Shown here one piece after another: positions 49,637 to 58,405 of a stretch of 64,000 bases of DNA. How positions within the stretch are numbered: the stretch's first letter is position 1; every line of letters begins with the position of its first letter. The DNA is taken from contig CAWJFK010000029.1 of assembly GCA_963842165.1 (NCBI GenBank), positions 94,308 through 158,307 on the forward strand, written 5' to 3'. The notes beneath the pieces were generated by a model. The model made no database searches. It was not told the DNA's origin and was given only the letters and a program-made list of their open reading frames with translations. The DNA is from an uncultured Thermoplasmata archaeon. GTDB lineage: Archaea > Thermoplasmatota > Thermoplasmata > Lutacidiplasmatales > UBA184. Both the position numbers and the translations under genes were made by a program.

Positions 49637-50089
49637 TCAGGTCGCAGGAAGGACGCAGATCTCGTTCCCGTCGGGGTCCTTCACCATTCCCCACCAACCC
49701 CACTCGGCCTTGGTGGCGGGTACGGAAAACTCGACCCCGCGGGCCCGGAGGGCCGCGCAAGCCGCGACGAAATCGCCCGCGAGCCGGAAGGCGATCCCCG
49801 TGTTGCCGGGTTCGAGCGGCGCCTTGTCGTCGTATTCGGAGACCTGGCAGATGTGCAGCTCGGTGGGGCGACCTTTCTCCCCCACCGTTTGCCAGTGGTC
49901 CATGTCGGTGATGTGGTCGAGGCCGAAGTTCTCCGTGTACCACTTGACCGACCGGTGGCGGTCCGAGACGACGACCGCTACGCTGGCGAAGTGGGGCTTC
50001 GCAGGGGCGCGTCGGGCCGGCGGTTTCGCCGCCCGGGACGCCGATTTCTTGGCGTTTCTCTTCGCTGGCTTCTTCGAGCTCTTCGCCAT
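49637..50089 (-). CDS. VOC/glyoxalase-family protein with a Lys/Ala/Pro-rich N-terminal tail
   Basis: Internal ATG of ORF 49637..50437. MAKSSKKPAKRNAKKSASRAAKPPARRAPAKP is followed by a VOC fold (..VVVSDRHRSVKWYTENFGL..GMVKDPDGNEICVL..). Confidence 0.75.
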   Translation of the reverse strand: MAKSSKKPAKRNAKKSASRAAKPPARRAPAKPHFASVAVVVSDRHRSVKWYTENFGLDHITDMDHWQTVGEKGRPTELHICQVSEYDDKAPLEPGNTGIAFRLAGDFVAACAALRARGVEFSVPATKAEWGWWGMVKDPDGNEICVLPAT

Positions 50090-50267
50090 CGATGCCTCGG
50101 CCCAGACAGCCCCGCGCCTCACATAAGTCTCCCGTGGGGGTCGTGGAACGGTCCACCGGTCCGACGGAATTTGCGGTCGGTTCACTTCCCGTCGAAACTC
50201 CTTTAACGCGCGGCACGGTCCGAGCGATTGGCCTCGTCGACCGAGGACCTTCGACCGAGGGACATCG

Positions 50268-50963
50268 ATGCGTTGTGAAATGTGCGGGAACGACGTGGAT
50301 TCGACGAGCCGGGTACGCGTCGAAGGGACGGTCCTCGCGCTCTGCCCCAACTGCTCGAAGTTCGGCGTCCTCGTCGATCCTCCGCCGACGGCCGCCGCGC
50401 CCGAACGCGGGTCCGTCCGACCCGGGACTCCGGCCACCCGCGTGATGGCTACCGGCCGCCGTCTCGAGGAGCGGGACCTCTACACCGAGATCGGAGAGCT
50501 CGAGCTCGCTCCGGACTGGACCCGGCGGGTCCGCGTGGCGCGCGAGGCGGCCGCCTGGACCCCCGAGGTCCTCGCCAAGAAGCTGAACGAGAAGAAGTCG
50601 GTTGTGCTCAAGCTTGAGTCCGGGGGGTTCCATCCGCCCGACCAACTCGTGCGGAAGATCGAGCACTTGCTTCGCATACGACTGCGGGCCGACCCCGAGC
50701 CCCCGCCTAGTCGGACGGGTCGCTTCCGGGAGGAAGCGTGCCCCGCTCCGCCGGGGGCCGAGCGTGAGGGGAGCGTCGAGATGGCAGACCGATCGGACGC
50801 CCCCGCGCGACGTGGCTACCGACTTCGACGCGGGCCCACCCGCTCCCATCGCCGCCACCCCGGAGCGACTGGAGGTCGCCCACGTACTCCGAGATCGTCC
50901 GTTCCGAGCGAACGATGTAGAGTCCCCCGAGGGCAGCGAGACCGAACAGAGAACCGACGCTGA
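50268..50963 (+). CDS. mbf1: Archaeal multiprotein-bridging factor 1 (Zn-ribbon + HTH); 3' end uncertain
   Basis: MRCEMCGN..CPNCSKFG ribbon and a Cro/C1-type HTH (..VRVAREAAAWTPEVLAKKLNEKKSVVLKLESG..). Homology ends at about ..LRIRLRADPEPP. A 1-nt loss in the C-run at about 50698-50703 would give a stop at 50708-50710 and a normal size of about 147 aa. Confidence 0.75.
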   Translation: MRCEMCGNDVDSTSRVRVEGTVLALCPNCSKFGVLVDPPPTAAAPERGSVRPGTPATRVMATGRRLEERDLYTEIGELELAPDWTRRVRVAREAAAWTPEVLAKKLNEKKSVVLKLESGGFHPPDQLVRKIEHLLRIRLRADPEPPPSRTGRFREEACPAPPGAEREGSVEMADRSDAPARRGYRLRRGPTRSHRRHPGATGGRPRTPRSSVPSERCRVPRGQRDRTENRR

Positions 50964-51081
50964 GGGCGGGCCAGGGGGAGACCAGCGCGAGCACACCGAC
51001 CGCCGCCACGAACGCCAGCAGGGTCCAGAAGGCGCCAGAGATCGAGTCGTCGACCCGAAGGTCGCGGTGGGAGAGTTGCAT
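50707..51081 (-). CDS. Two-TM membrane protein, hypothetical
   Basis: ..AFWTLLAFVAAVGVLALVSPWPALSVGSLFGLAALGGLYIV... The C-terminal third is Arg/Pro-rich and may be out of frame. Confidence 0.4.
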   Translation of the reverse strand: MQLSHRDLRVDDSISGAFWTLLAFVAAVGVLALVSPWPALSVGSLFGLAALGGLYIVRSERTISEYVGDLQSLRGGGDGSGWARVEVGSHVARGRPIGLPSRRSPHARPPAERGTLPPGSDPSD

Positions 51082-51103
51082 CTTCCTTCCCTTCGGCGGG
51101 TCG

Positions 51104-52054
51104 CTACGCCTTCGCCGCCGGCGGGATCAAGAGCTCGAGGATCGCCTTCTGCGCGTGGAGGCGGTTCTCGGCCTGGTCCCACGCGGCGGACTGGGATCCG
51201 TCCAGGACGTCGTCGGTGATCTCCTGGCCGCGATGGGCCGGCAGGTCGTGCAGCACGAACGCCTTCGGAGCGGCACGACGGAGCAATGCCGAGTTGATCT
51301 GGTACCCTTGGAACGCGTGGCTCCGAGCGGCCGCTTCCGCTTCGTCGCCCATCGAGACCCAGACGTCGGTGTAGAGGGCATCGGCCTCCGTCGCCGCCTC
51401 CGCGGGGTCCTCGACGAACCGGAGGTGGGCTCCGGACTTGGCCGCCAGGGCTTCGGCGGCGCTCACGACGCCCGGGTCGGCCGCGTACGCCTTCGGCGTC
51501 GCGGCGGTCAGGTCGAGACCCACGGCCGCGGCTCCCAGGAGCAGCGAGTGGAGGACGTTGTTCCCGTCGCCGATCCAGGCAAGCCGCTTGCCCCGGAACC
51601 CGCCGGCCCACCGCTCGTGCATGGTCAGCAGGTCGGCGACGATCTGGCAGGGGTGCTCGAGGTCATCGAGGGCGTTGATGACGGGGATGGTCGCGGTCCG
51701 CGCCAGCTCCACGACGTCGGCGTGGCGGAACGCCCGGTAGACGATGCCGTCGCGAGTACCGGGAGAGGACGCGCGCCGTGTCGGCGATCGTTTCCCCCGG
51801 CCGAGCTGGATCTCGGACTTCGAGAGGTAGACCGCGTGCCCTCCGAGGTCGTTGATCCCGACCTCGAACGACGTCCGAGTGCGGGTCGAGGGCTTTTCGA
51901 AGATGAGGGCGATGTTTCGTCCGACGAGCGAAGTGCTCCGGGCCCCGGAGCGCCGAGCCGCTTTCAGGCGACCCGATTCCGCGAGGATCGAGGGGAGCTG
52001 GTCGGCGATGTCCGAGATCGAGAGCAGGTCGTGAACGGGCGGCAACGGAACCAC
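51104..52054 (-). CDS. argF: Ornithine carbamoyltransferase (contains a compensated double frame shift)
   Basis: STRTR, HPCQ and HDLPAHRG motifs. GTG 52054 lies about 25 nt downstream of a TTTATT box. Residues ..GRG[KRSPTRRASSPGTR]DGIV.. read as canonical ..GRGETIADTARVLSRYSDGIV.. in the adjacent frame. Confidence 0.9.
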   Translation of the reverse strand: MVPLPPVHDLLSISDIADQLPSILAESGRLKAARRSGARSTSLVGRNIALIFEKPSTRTRTSFEVGINDLGGHAVYLSKSEIQLGRGKRSPTRRASSPGTRDGIVYRAFRHADVVELARTATIPVINALDDLEHPCQIVADLLTMHERWAGGFRGKRLAWIGDGNNVLHSLLLGAAAVGLDLTAATPKAYAADPGVVSAAEALAAKSGAHLRFVEDPAEAATEADALYTDVWVSMGDEAEAAARSHAFQGYQINSALLRRAAPKAFVLHDLPAHRGQEITDDVLDGSQSAAWDQAENRLHAQKAILELLIPPAAKA

Positions 52055-52076
52055 CGCTCTTCGTACGGGTCGCCGG

Positions 52077-52082
52077 AATAAA
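52077..52082 (-). promoter_or_regulatory. TATA box (TTTATT on the minus strand) for argF
   Basis: Centre lies 25-26 nt upstream of GTG 52054 with no SD, the leaderless-type spacing. Confidence 0.5.
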
Positions 52083-52316
52083 GCCTCAGGGAGGCGGGCC
52101 AGGAGCCAGCGTGAGTCTGGCGGGCCAGGGCTGTCCCCGGTGGCGACTCGGATCTTGGCCGTTCCGCCCGCGTCGCGCCGGGGACAGGGATAAGACCCGG
52201 GCCTGACTGCGGGCGCCGAGGGATACACCGTGCCCGCTCGTGCGAAAGGTGCGAAGAAGTCGACGCGCGCGCCGCCCGCCGAGACGCCCACCCGGGGCCC
52301 TTCCTCGGCGCGACGG

Positions 52317-53657
52317 GTGTACATGGTTACCGGAGGGGTCACGAAGTTCGCGAAGGCCCATCCAGCGATGGACTTCCGGCTCGATGGTGAAGCGCGCGTA
52401 CGACTACGCGCTGAAGGAAGTCCCGAACCTCACGCCCGACCGGATCGACGGGACCCGGATCTCCTACTTCTCGGATCACTTTTCCCGCCAGCTGAAGGCG
52501 GCGAGCATGGTGCAGGACTACCTCGGCATGAACCCGAAGGGGTCGGTCCGGATAGAGTGGGGAGGGGCGACCGGCGGGGAGTGCTTCCAGGCCGGCTACG
52601 AGGCCGTGGCCAGCGGCCGGATGGATGTGTGCCTGACCGCGGGCTACGAGACGATGAGCCGCGTCCCGACGTGGAAGGGGAACGAGTTCATCGCGCTCGC
52701 CTCCGACACGAACTTCGACTTCCCGCTCGGGGGGTTCTACACGGGCTACTACGCCCTCATGGTCGTCCGCCACATCTACGAGTACCTCCGGCTCACGCGC
52801 TTCGCCCATGTGACAGACGAGCGGGAGGCCCAGCGCCTCGCGATCGCCGAGGGGAGCCGCATCATGAGCCTCGTCTCGGTGAAGAACCACCGCAACGCAC
52901 TGCACAACCCCTACGCCCAGTATCCGAAGAGGCTCACCGTACAGGACGTCCTCAACTCGGAGATGATCAGCTACCCGATCACCCGGGAGCAGATCTGCAC
53001 GATGAGCGACGGCGCGGCCGTCGCCGTGCTCTGCTCGGAGTCCGTGGCCCGCGAGCTGACGGATCGGCCGGTCCAGGTGACCGGCGTCGGGTGCGGGACC
53101 GACACGATGCGGCTCGCCGACCGTCCGTTCGGGAAGGTCCCCCTGCTCCCGCACGAGAGCACCACGGACTACTCGCATCTGCCCTACCCCGGCGTCCACT
53201 CGTTCCGCGCCGGCCGCGCAGCCGGGCATCGAGGCGTACCGGATGGCCGGGATCACCGACCCGATCCGGGAGCTCGACTTCATCGAGCTGCACGACGCGT
53301 ACGCCTCGAGCGAGATCCAGACCTACGAGGACCTGGGGCTCTGCCAGGTACGGCGAGGGGTACGGGTTCGTCGAGCGCGGGGACCCGTTCCTGAAGGGGA
53401 TCGACTACGGCTTCCCGGTGCCACGGGCCGGCGCGATGCCCGTCAACCCTTCCGGGGGGCTCATCGCCTGCGGGCACCCGGTCGGCGCGACCGGCCTCAT
53501 GCAGGCCGTCTTCGCGTTCTGGCAGCTCCAGGGGACGATCCCGCAGCACTTCGCCGACAGGACTCTCCAGCTCCCGAACGCGAAGCGCGGCGCGATCCAC
53601 AGCCACGCCGGCACGGGGTCGAGCGTGACCGTCTCGATCCTCGAGCGGGGGTTCTGA
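52317..53657 (+). CDS. Thiolase-family protein (SCP-x/archaeal type; three frame disruptions)
   Basis: VYMVTGGVTKFAKA.. / ..MVKRAYDYAL..GGATGGECFQAGYEAVASG..ICTMSDGAAVAVL.. / ..GIEAYRMAGITDPIRELDFIELHDAYASSEIQTYEDLGL.. / ..GEGYGFVERGD..NPSGGLIACGHPVGATG..SHAGTG... Shifts at about 52385, 53220 and 53347. An alternative GTG 52230 would add a Lys-rich tail. Confidence 0.85.
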   Translation: MYMVTGGVTKFAKAHPAMDFRLDGEARVRLRAEGSPEPHARPDRRDPDLLLLGSLFPPAEGGEHGAGLPRHEPEGVGPDRVGRGDRRGVLPGRLRGRGQRPDGCVPDRGLRDDEPRPDVEGERVHRARLRHELRLPARGVLHGLLRPHGRPPHLRVPPAHALRPCDRRAGGPAPRDRRGEPHHEPRLGEEPPQRTAQPLRPVSEEAHRTGRPQLGDDQLPDHPGADLHDERRRGRRRALLGVRGPRADGSAGPGDRRRVRDRHDAARRPSVREGPPAPAREHHGLLASALPRRPLVPRRPRSRASRRTGWPGSPTRSGSSTSSSCTTRTPRARSRPTRTWGSARYGEGYGFVERGDPFLKGIDYGFPVPRAGAMPVNPSGGLIACGHPVGATGLMQAVFAFWQLQGTIPQHFADRTLQLPNAKRGAIHSHAGTGSSVTVSILERGF

Positions 53658-54184
53658 TGAAGGCCCGCCCTCCCACCTTCCACAAGTTCCGGGACGTCCA
53701 GGCCGAGCTCGAGCGAAGCGGGGCCGCGATCTTCCAAGACGCCGAGGGGATCGAGAGCCTGATCGTCCGGTACCCGTACTCGATCACCTACATCCACAGC
53801 TACGCGGAGGATTCGCCGTTCTTCCTCGGTCTCGCCGAGGGCCGTCTCCGCGGGTCGCACTGCACGAAGAAGGGGTGCGGGTTCGTCTACGCGACGCCCC
53901 GCGGCCACTGCATGGTCTGCGGGTGCCCGACCGAGTGGGTCGACCTCCCCAAGGAAGGTCGTGTCCATTCGTGGACCACCTGCCACTTCGGCAGCGAGGC
54001 GTTCCTCAAGGAGACTCCCTACAACCTCGCGCTGGTCGAGTTCGAGGGCGCGGGGAGCTTGCTGCTGGTCCGTCTCAAGGACGCGAAGGAGTCCGACCTG
54101 TACGTCGGGATGCCGGTCGAGGCCCGCTTCGAAGCGAATCCCAAGTATTCGATCACCGACGTGTGGTTCGTTCCCTCGAAGTAG
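53657..54184 (+). CDS. DUF35 Zn-ribbon/OB-fold protein (thiolase partner)
   Basis: The ATG overlaps the thiolase stop (TGATG). ..RGSHCTKKGCGFVYATPRGHCMVCG.. ribbon is followed by an OB fold; intact 175 aa. Confidence 0.85.
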   Translation: MKARPPTFHKFRDVQAELERSGAAIFQDAEGIESLIVRYPYSITYIHSYAEDSPFFLGLAEGRLRGSHCTKKGCGFVYATPRGHCMVCGCPTEWVDLPKEGRVHSWTTCHFGSEAFLKETPYNLALVEFEGAGSLLLVRLKDAKESDLYVGMPVEARFEANPKYSITDVWFVPSK

Positions 54185-54263
54185 TCCGCTCCCGCGTCGC
54201 GGAGACCGCCGGGGAATCGAACGGCCCGATCGAATCCCGGATCGCTGGGTGGTGGAAAGGGTT

Positions 54264-54286
54264 GGGGCCGGCGTTCGGCCGGCCCC
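54264..54286. terminator. Perfect 9-bp all-GC hairpin GGGGCCGGC-gttcg-GCCGGCCCC
   Basis: Read directly from the sequence. Lies between the convergent DUF35 gene and the 48-codon ORF. No flanking T-tract, so terminator function is speculative. Confidence 0.3.
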
Positions 54287-54308
54287 CGATCCGGATCGCT
54301 CCGGCCCG

Positions 54309-54455
54309 TTACATCGACCCCGGCGGAGGTGGCGGCGGTGGGGTCTGGCCCGCCGGAGGCGCCGGCGGTGCACCCCACGCGGGTTGCCCGGGGGCTCCCG
54401 TCATGGGCTGACCGGGCTGTCCCATCATACCCGGCTGGGCTGGCTTCTTCCGCAT
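54309..54455 (-). other. 48-codon Pro/Gly/Gln-rich ORF at the block junction (doubtful gene)
   Basis: MRKKPAQPGMMGQPGQPMTGAPGQPAWGAPPAPPAGQTPPPPPPPGSM. Its ATG abuts the point where cyclase homology begins on the other strand. Confidence 0.2.
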
Positions 54456-56736
54456 GATCGGATCGCCGCGACCGCGCACGGCGGCCAGGTGGTGCTGTCC
54501 GAGCCAGCGCTCCAGCGGGCGGGCCCGTTGCCGGAGGGGGCGTCGGTCCGGGACCTGGGGTTCCACCGGCTGAAGGATATCGGCGCGCCGGAACGCATCT
54601 ACCAGCTGGCCGCCCCGGGCCTGCGGGAGGACTTCCCCCCGCTGAAGAGCCTCGGCACTCACACCAGCCTGCCGGTGCCGGCCACGCCGCTGGTCGGGCG
54701 TGATGACGACGTGGAGCGCCTGCTGGCGGTCATTTCCCGGCCTGACGTGCGGCTGGTCACGCTGACCGGCCCCGGCGGGGTGGGCAAGACGCGGCTGTCC
54801 CTGGCGGCGGCCGCGGCGCTGGATCACGCCTTCCCGCACGGCGTGTTCTTCGTCGCGCTGGCCGCCGTTCGCGACGCCGACGTGATGTGGAAGACCCTCG
54901 CCGACGACCTGGACGTGGACGGGGACGGGCCGGCCGCGGTGCTGGAGTACCTGCGGAACCGCCGGATGCTGCTGGTGCTCGACAACCTCGAGCAGCTCGA
55001 CGGGGCCGGCGAGATCGTCGCCGCGCTGGCCGCTGAGGCTCCCGGCCTGGTGGTGCTGGCCACCTCACGCGGCCCGCTGTACGTCCAGAACGAGCATGAG
55101 TTCCCGGTGCCGCCGCTTGGCGTGGCCCGCGGCGCCGACCTGGACACGGTCGCGGCGTCCGCCGCGGTGCGGCTGTTCGCCCAGCAGGCGGGCATGGTCC
55201 GGCCGGGCTTCGCTATCACCGCGGACAACGCCGCCGACGTCGCGGCCATCTGCCGCCGCCTGGACGGGCTGCCGCTGGCCATCGAACTGGCCGCGTCCCG
55301 GGTCCGGCTGCTGGCTCCCAAGGCGCTGCTCGCCCGCCTCGGGCAGAGCCTTGGCCTGGCCACCGCCGAGGCCGGACGGCCGTCGCGCCAGCAGACCCTG
55401 CGGAATCTCGTGGCCTGGAGCTATGACCTGCTGACCCCGGACACGGCCCAGGTGTTCCGCCGGATGAGCGTCTTCGCCGGGGGATGCGACCTCGACGCGC
55501 TCGCCGCGGTGGCCGTGACCGGCGACGCCGATCCCGATCCGCTGGAGCTTATCGCCGAGCTGCATGACGTCAGCCTGATCACGGTGACCGAGAGCGCCGA
55601 CGGTGAGCCCCGCCTGGGCATGCTCGAGACGATCCGCGAGTATGCCCTCGAGCGCCTGGAAGCCGACGACGACCTTGACGGCGCGCGGCGCCGGCACGCT
55701 GACTACTACGCCGGGGTCGCCGAACGGGCCAACGATCAGATTGACAGCCCGGCCCAGCTGACCGCCTTGGACCGGCTGGAGGCCGAGCACGACAACCTGC
55801 GTGCCGCGCTGGCCTGGTCGCTGGAAACCCCGGCCGCCGACCCGGCCAGCCAGGGCGAACGAGCAGTCATCGGCCTGCGGCTGGTCCAGGCGCTGGCCAC
55901 GTTCTGGTATCAGCACGGCCACGCCACCGAAGGGCGGCGGTGGCTGCAGCGTGCCATGGACCTGGCTTCCGGCGACGGCGGCGCGCCGCTGGCCAGGGTG
56001 GCGCACGGACTCGGCGTACTGATGGACCAGCAAGGCGAGCCGGATGCGGCCCGGCGGATGTTCGAGCGCAGCCTGGCCATCTGGCGCGAGCTCGGCGACC
56101 GGGGGCAGCAAGCGCGGCAACTGAACAGCCTCGGCATCACCTATCGGCACCTCGGCCAGCTGGCTAAGGCGCGTGCCTTCCTGGAGGAAGCCGTCGCGCT
56201 CAATCGCGAGACCGGCAACATGGTGACGCTTGCGACCTCGCTGGCCAACCTGGGTCAGCTGGAAAGCTCCCTGGGCCGCTGGGATCGCGCCATGGTGGTA
56301 GTCCAGGAGGCGCTCCAGCTCGACCGGCAATACGGGAGCCCCTTCGGGGTCGCCGTCGACCAGAGCACGCTCGCGCTGGCCACCTTGCGCGCGGGGCACC
56401 CGCGCGAAGCCCGCGACCTGGTCTGCGACATGCTCGACTACGTGGCGAGCTCAGGCAACACCGCGTTCTTCGTCAGCACCCTGGAACTGGCCGCCGTGAT
56501 CGTCGGTGCCCTGGATGACCATCCGCTGGCGGCCCGCCTGCTCGGCGCGGCTCAGACCGCCCGCCACGACTCGGGGATGCAGATCTCCGAGCCGGAGGCC
56601 GTCCTGCTTGACGAGCTCCTGACCCCGGCGTACGCGGCCGTGACCCCTGCAGGAGTGGGACGCCTGGCTGGCCGCGGGCCGGGCCCTCTCCCAGCCTGAA
56701 GCGCTCGCGCTGCTGCGCTCGCTCAGCCCAGCGTGA
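54456..56736 (+). pseudogene. 5'-truncated class III cyclase / AAA(NB-ARC-like) ATPase / TPR regulator (also frame-disrupted at the 3' end)
   Basis: Only the last 50 aa or so of a cyclase domain are present (RIAATAHGGQVVLSE..GFHRLKDIGAPERIYQL). They are followed by Walker A GPGGVGKT, ..LLVLDNLEQ.., and long TPR-like repeats. There is no start codon. The C-terminus reads ..LQEWDAWLAAGRALSQPEALALLRSLSPA* after a shift at about 56647. Confidence 0.8.
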
Positions 56737-56764
56737 CCCCGCCTACACGCCAGTGCCGCCGTCG

Positions 56765-57676
56765 CTAGTCGCTGTCGCGCAGCGGCAGCCCGGTCCAGCC
56801 TTCCCACAAGGTCGCGATCGACGCGTAGTCCTGGCGGCCGAGCCCGGCAGCCATGCCCAGCTCGTAGGCGGTGTGCGCAGCCTGAATGGTGAACAGCGGG
56901 ATCTTGGTGTGCTCGGCCAGCTGCAGCGCGAGCGTGGAATCCTTACGCGCGGCCTCGGTCGGCATGCCGCCGGCGTAGTCGCCGCCCAGCACCCGTTCCA
57001 TGAACCGGTGCGTCAGGGGCCTGATCAGGCCGCCCTCCTGACTGGCGAACAGTTCGCCGAGCTTGGCCCTGGGAATTGACCACGCCGCCGCCATCGCGCC
57101 CGCCTCGCACAGCATGACCATTGTCGCGTGCGCCACGGCGTTGTTGATGACCTTGGCCGCCATCCCGGATCCGGCCGGGCCGAGATGCGTGATCGTTGAC
57201 GCGAACGTGCTCAGGATGTCGCGGACCGAGTCCACATCGCCGGTATCCCCGCCGATCAGGATGGTCGCGACGCCCTCGGCGGATTGCCTGACCCCCGAGA
57301 GGATCGCGGCATCCAGCAACTTCACCGAGGCGGGCTCGCAGAACTCTCGCATGGCGGCGATGTCCATCGGCGTCACCGTGCTGGTCTCCACGATGACCGA
57401 CCCTGGCGTGAGCACATCGAGGAGCTCTGTGACGACGGCGCGCGATATGTCCGGGGCGGGCAGCGACAGCACGATACGGCGTGCGGCGGCCACCTCCGGC
57501 AGGCTGCCCGCCAGGGTAAACGCACCGCTGGCGGCCAGTTCCCTGATGGCGTCCGTGGGCCGCACGTCGTAGGCGATCAGCGGGTACTGTGCGGCGAGCC
57601 GCCTGGCCAGCGCCGACCCCATGTTTCCCAGTCCGACGAGTCCGACCGGGCCAGTATTCCGCTCTCCGTCGACCAT
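56765..57676 (-). CDS. NAD(P)-dependent beta-hydroxyacid dehydrogenase (3-hydroxyisobutyrate dehydrogenase family)
   Basis: Intact 303-aa ORF, VGLVGLGNMGSALARRL Rossmann motif, ..GSGMAAKVINN... An SD-like AGAGGTG precedes the ATG. Confidence 0.85.
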   Translation of the reverse strand: MVDGERNTGPVGLVGLGNMGSALARRLAAQYPLIAYDVRPTDAIRELAASGAFTLAGSLPEVAAARRIVLSLPAPDISRAVVTELLDVLTPGSVIVETSTVTPMDIAAMREFCEPASVKLLDAAILSGVRQSAEGVATILIGGDTGDVDSVRDILSTFASTITHLGPAGSGMAAKVINNAVAHATMVMLCEAGAMAAAWSIPRAKLGELFASQEGGLIRPLTHRFMERVLGGDYAGGMPTEAARKDSTLALQLAEHTKIPLFTIQAAHTAYELGMAAGLGRQDYASIATLWEGWTGLPLRDSD

Positions 57677-57780
57677 GGCACACCTCTGCTTCCGCGCGTC
57701 ACCGGCCTGCTTACCTTATTCACCGGGGCACCAGATTCACCGGGACACTGGCGCCAGAAGCAGTATCGATTCTGCTGACG

Positions 57781-58351
57781 ATTATCAACCCGGCTACCGA
57801 GGAGCCGGTGGGGTCAGCTCCCGACGCCGGCGCGGACGACATCGATGCCGCGGTCCAGGCAGCGCGCGCCGCGTTCCGCGAGTCAGGCTGGCCCTAGCTG
57901 GCACCGAAAGCGCGCCGACTCTTACTACCTGGGTCAGGCGCTCGACCGACGAATTCGAGAAGCGCAATGACGAGCTCGGCGCACTGGTGACCATGGAGAA
58001 TGGCATGGCGCTGAGCGTCAGCGGGGCGTTCAACGGAATCGGGGCACCCGCATCCTCGCCCCGGCAGCGCGCTACGACGAGGTTGTCGACACCGGCGCCG
58101 GCGCACTCGCGGCGATGCCCGTCGGCGATCCGCTCGACCCGTCCACGGTGATCGGCCCGCTGGTGTCCGCCGCCCAGCGGAACCGGGTCGAGGGATACAT
58201 CGAGCTCGGCAAGAGCGAGGGAGCCAAGCTGGCGCTGGGCGGCGGACGACCCAAGGGCCTCGACCGGGGAGTACATGACGACCAAGTCGATAGCGCGCCA
58301 GGCCTGAGGAGCCCAAGCATCGGGCTCCACTGCAGTGGTGATGAGCGCTAG
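57781..58351 (+). pseudogene. Aldehyde dehydrogenase remnant (5'-truncated, internal deletion, 3'-truncated, stop/frameshifts)
   Basis: Fragments: IINPATEEPVG..DIDAAVQAARAAFRESGWP*, ..[17 protein letters not shown].., then a direct jump to ..[73 protein letters not shown]... About 180 central residues, including the catalytic Cys region, and the C-terminal 100 aa or so are missing. Confidence 0.7.
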
Positions 58352-58405
58352 GAGCGGCGGGTAGATCCTGGCAAGGAGCGCGAATCTCCGGCTAGGGGGC
58401 CCTTA

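Noticed and set aside
50237-50260. Direct repeat TCGACCGAGG x2 (14-bp period) just upstream of the mbf1 start.
   Set aside because: Only two 10-bp copies in GC-rich DNA, with no third copy or dyad. Too weak to call a regulatory site.
54205-54245. tRNA-like strings GAATCGAACGG and GATCGAATCCCGG near the block junction, which raised the idea of a tRNA integration site.
   Set aside because: No complementary T-stem, acceptor stem or anticodon arm can be drawn around them. I found no cloverleaf anywhere in the window's spacers.
54264-54455. The GC hairpin plus the Pro/Gly/Gln micro-ORF as the end of a mobile element that delivered block 2.
   Set aside because: No matching inverted or direct repeat was found at the far side within the window, and there are no mobility genes. 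The idea stays speculative and is folded into the junction finding.
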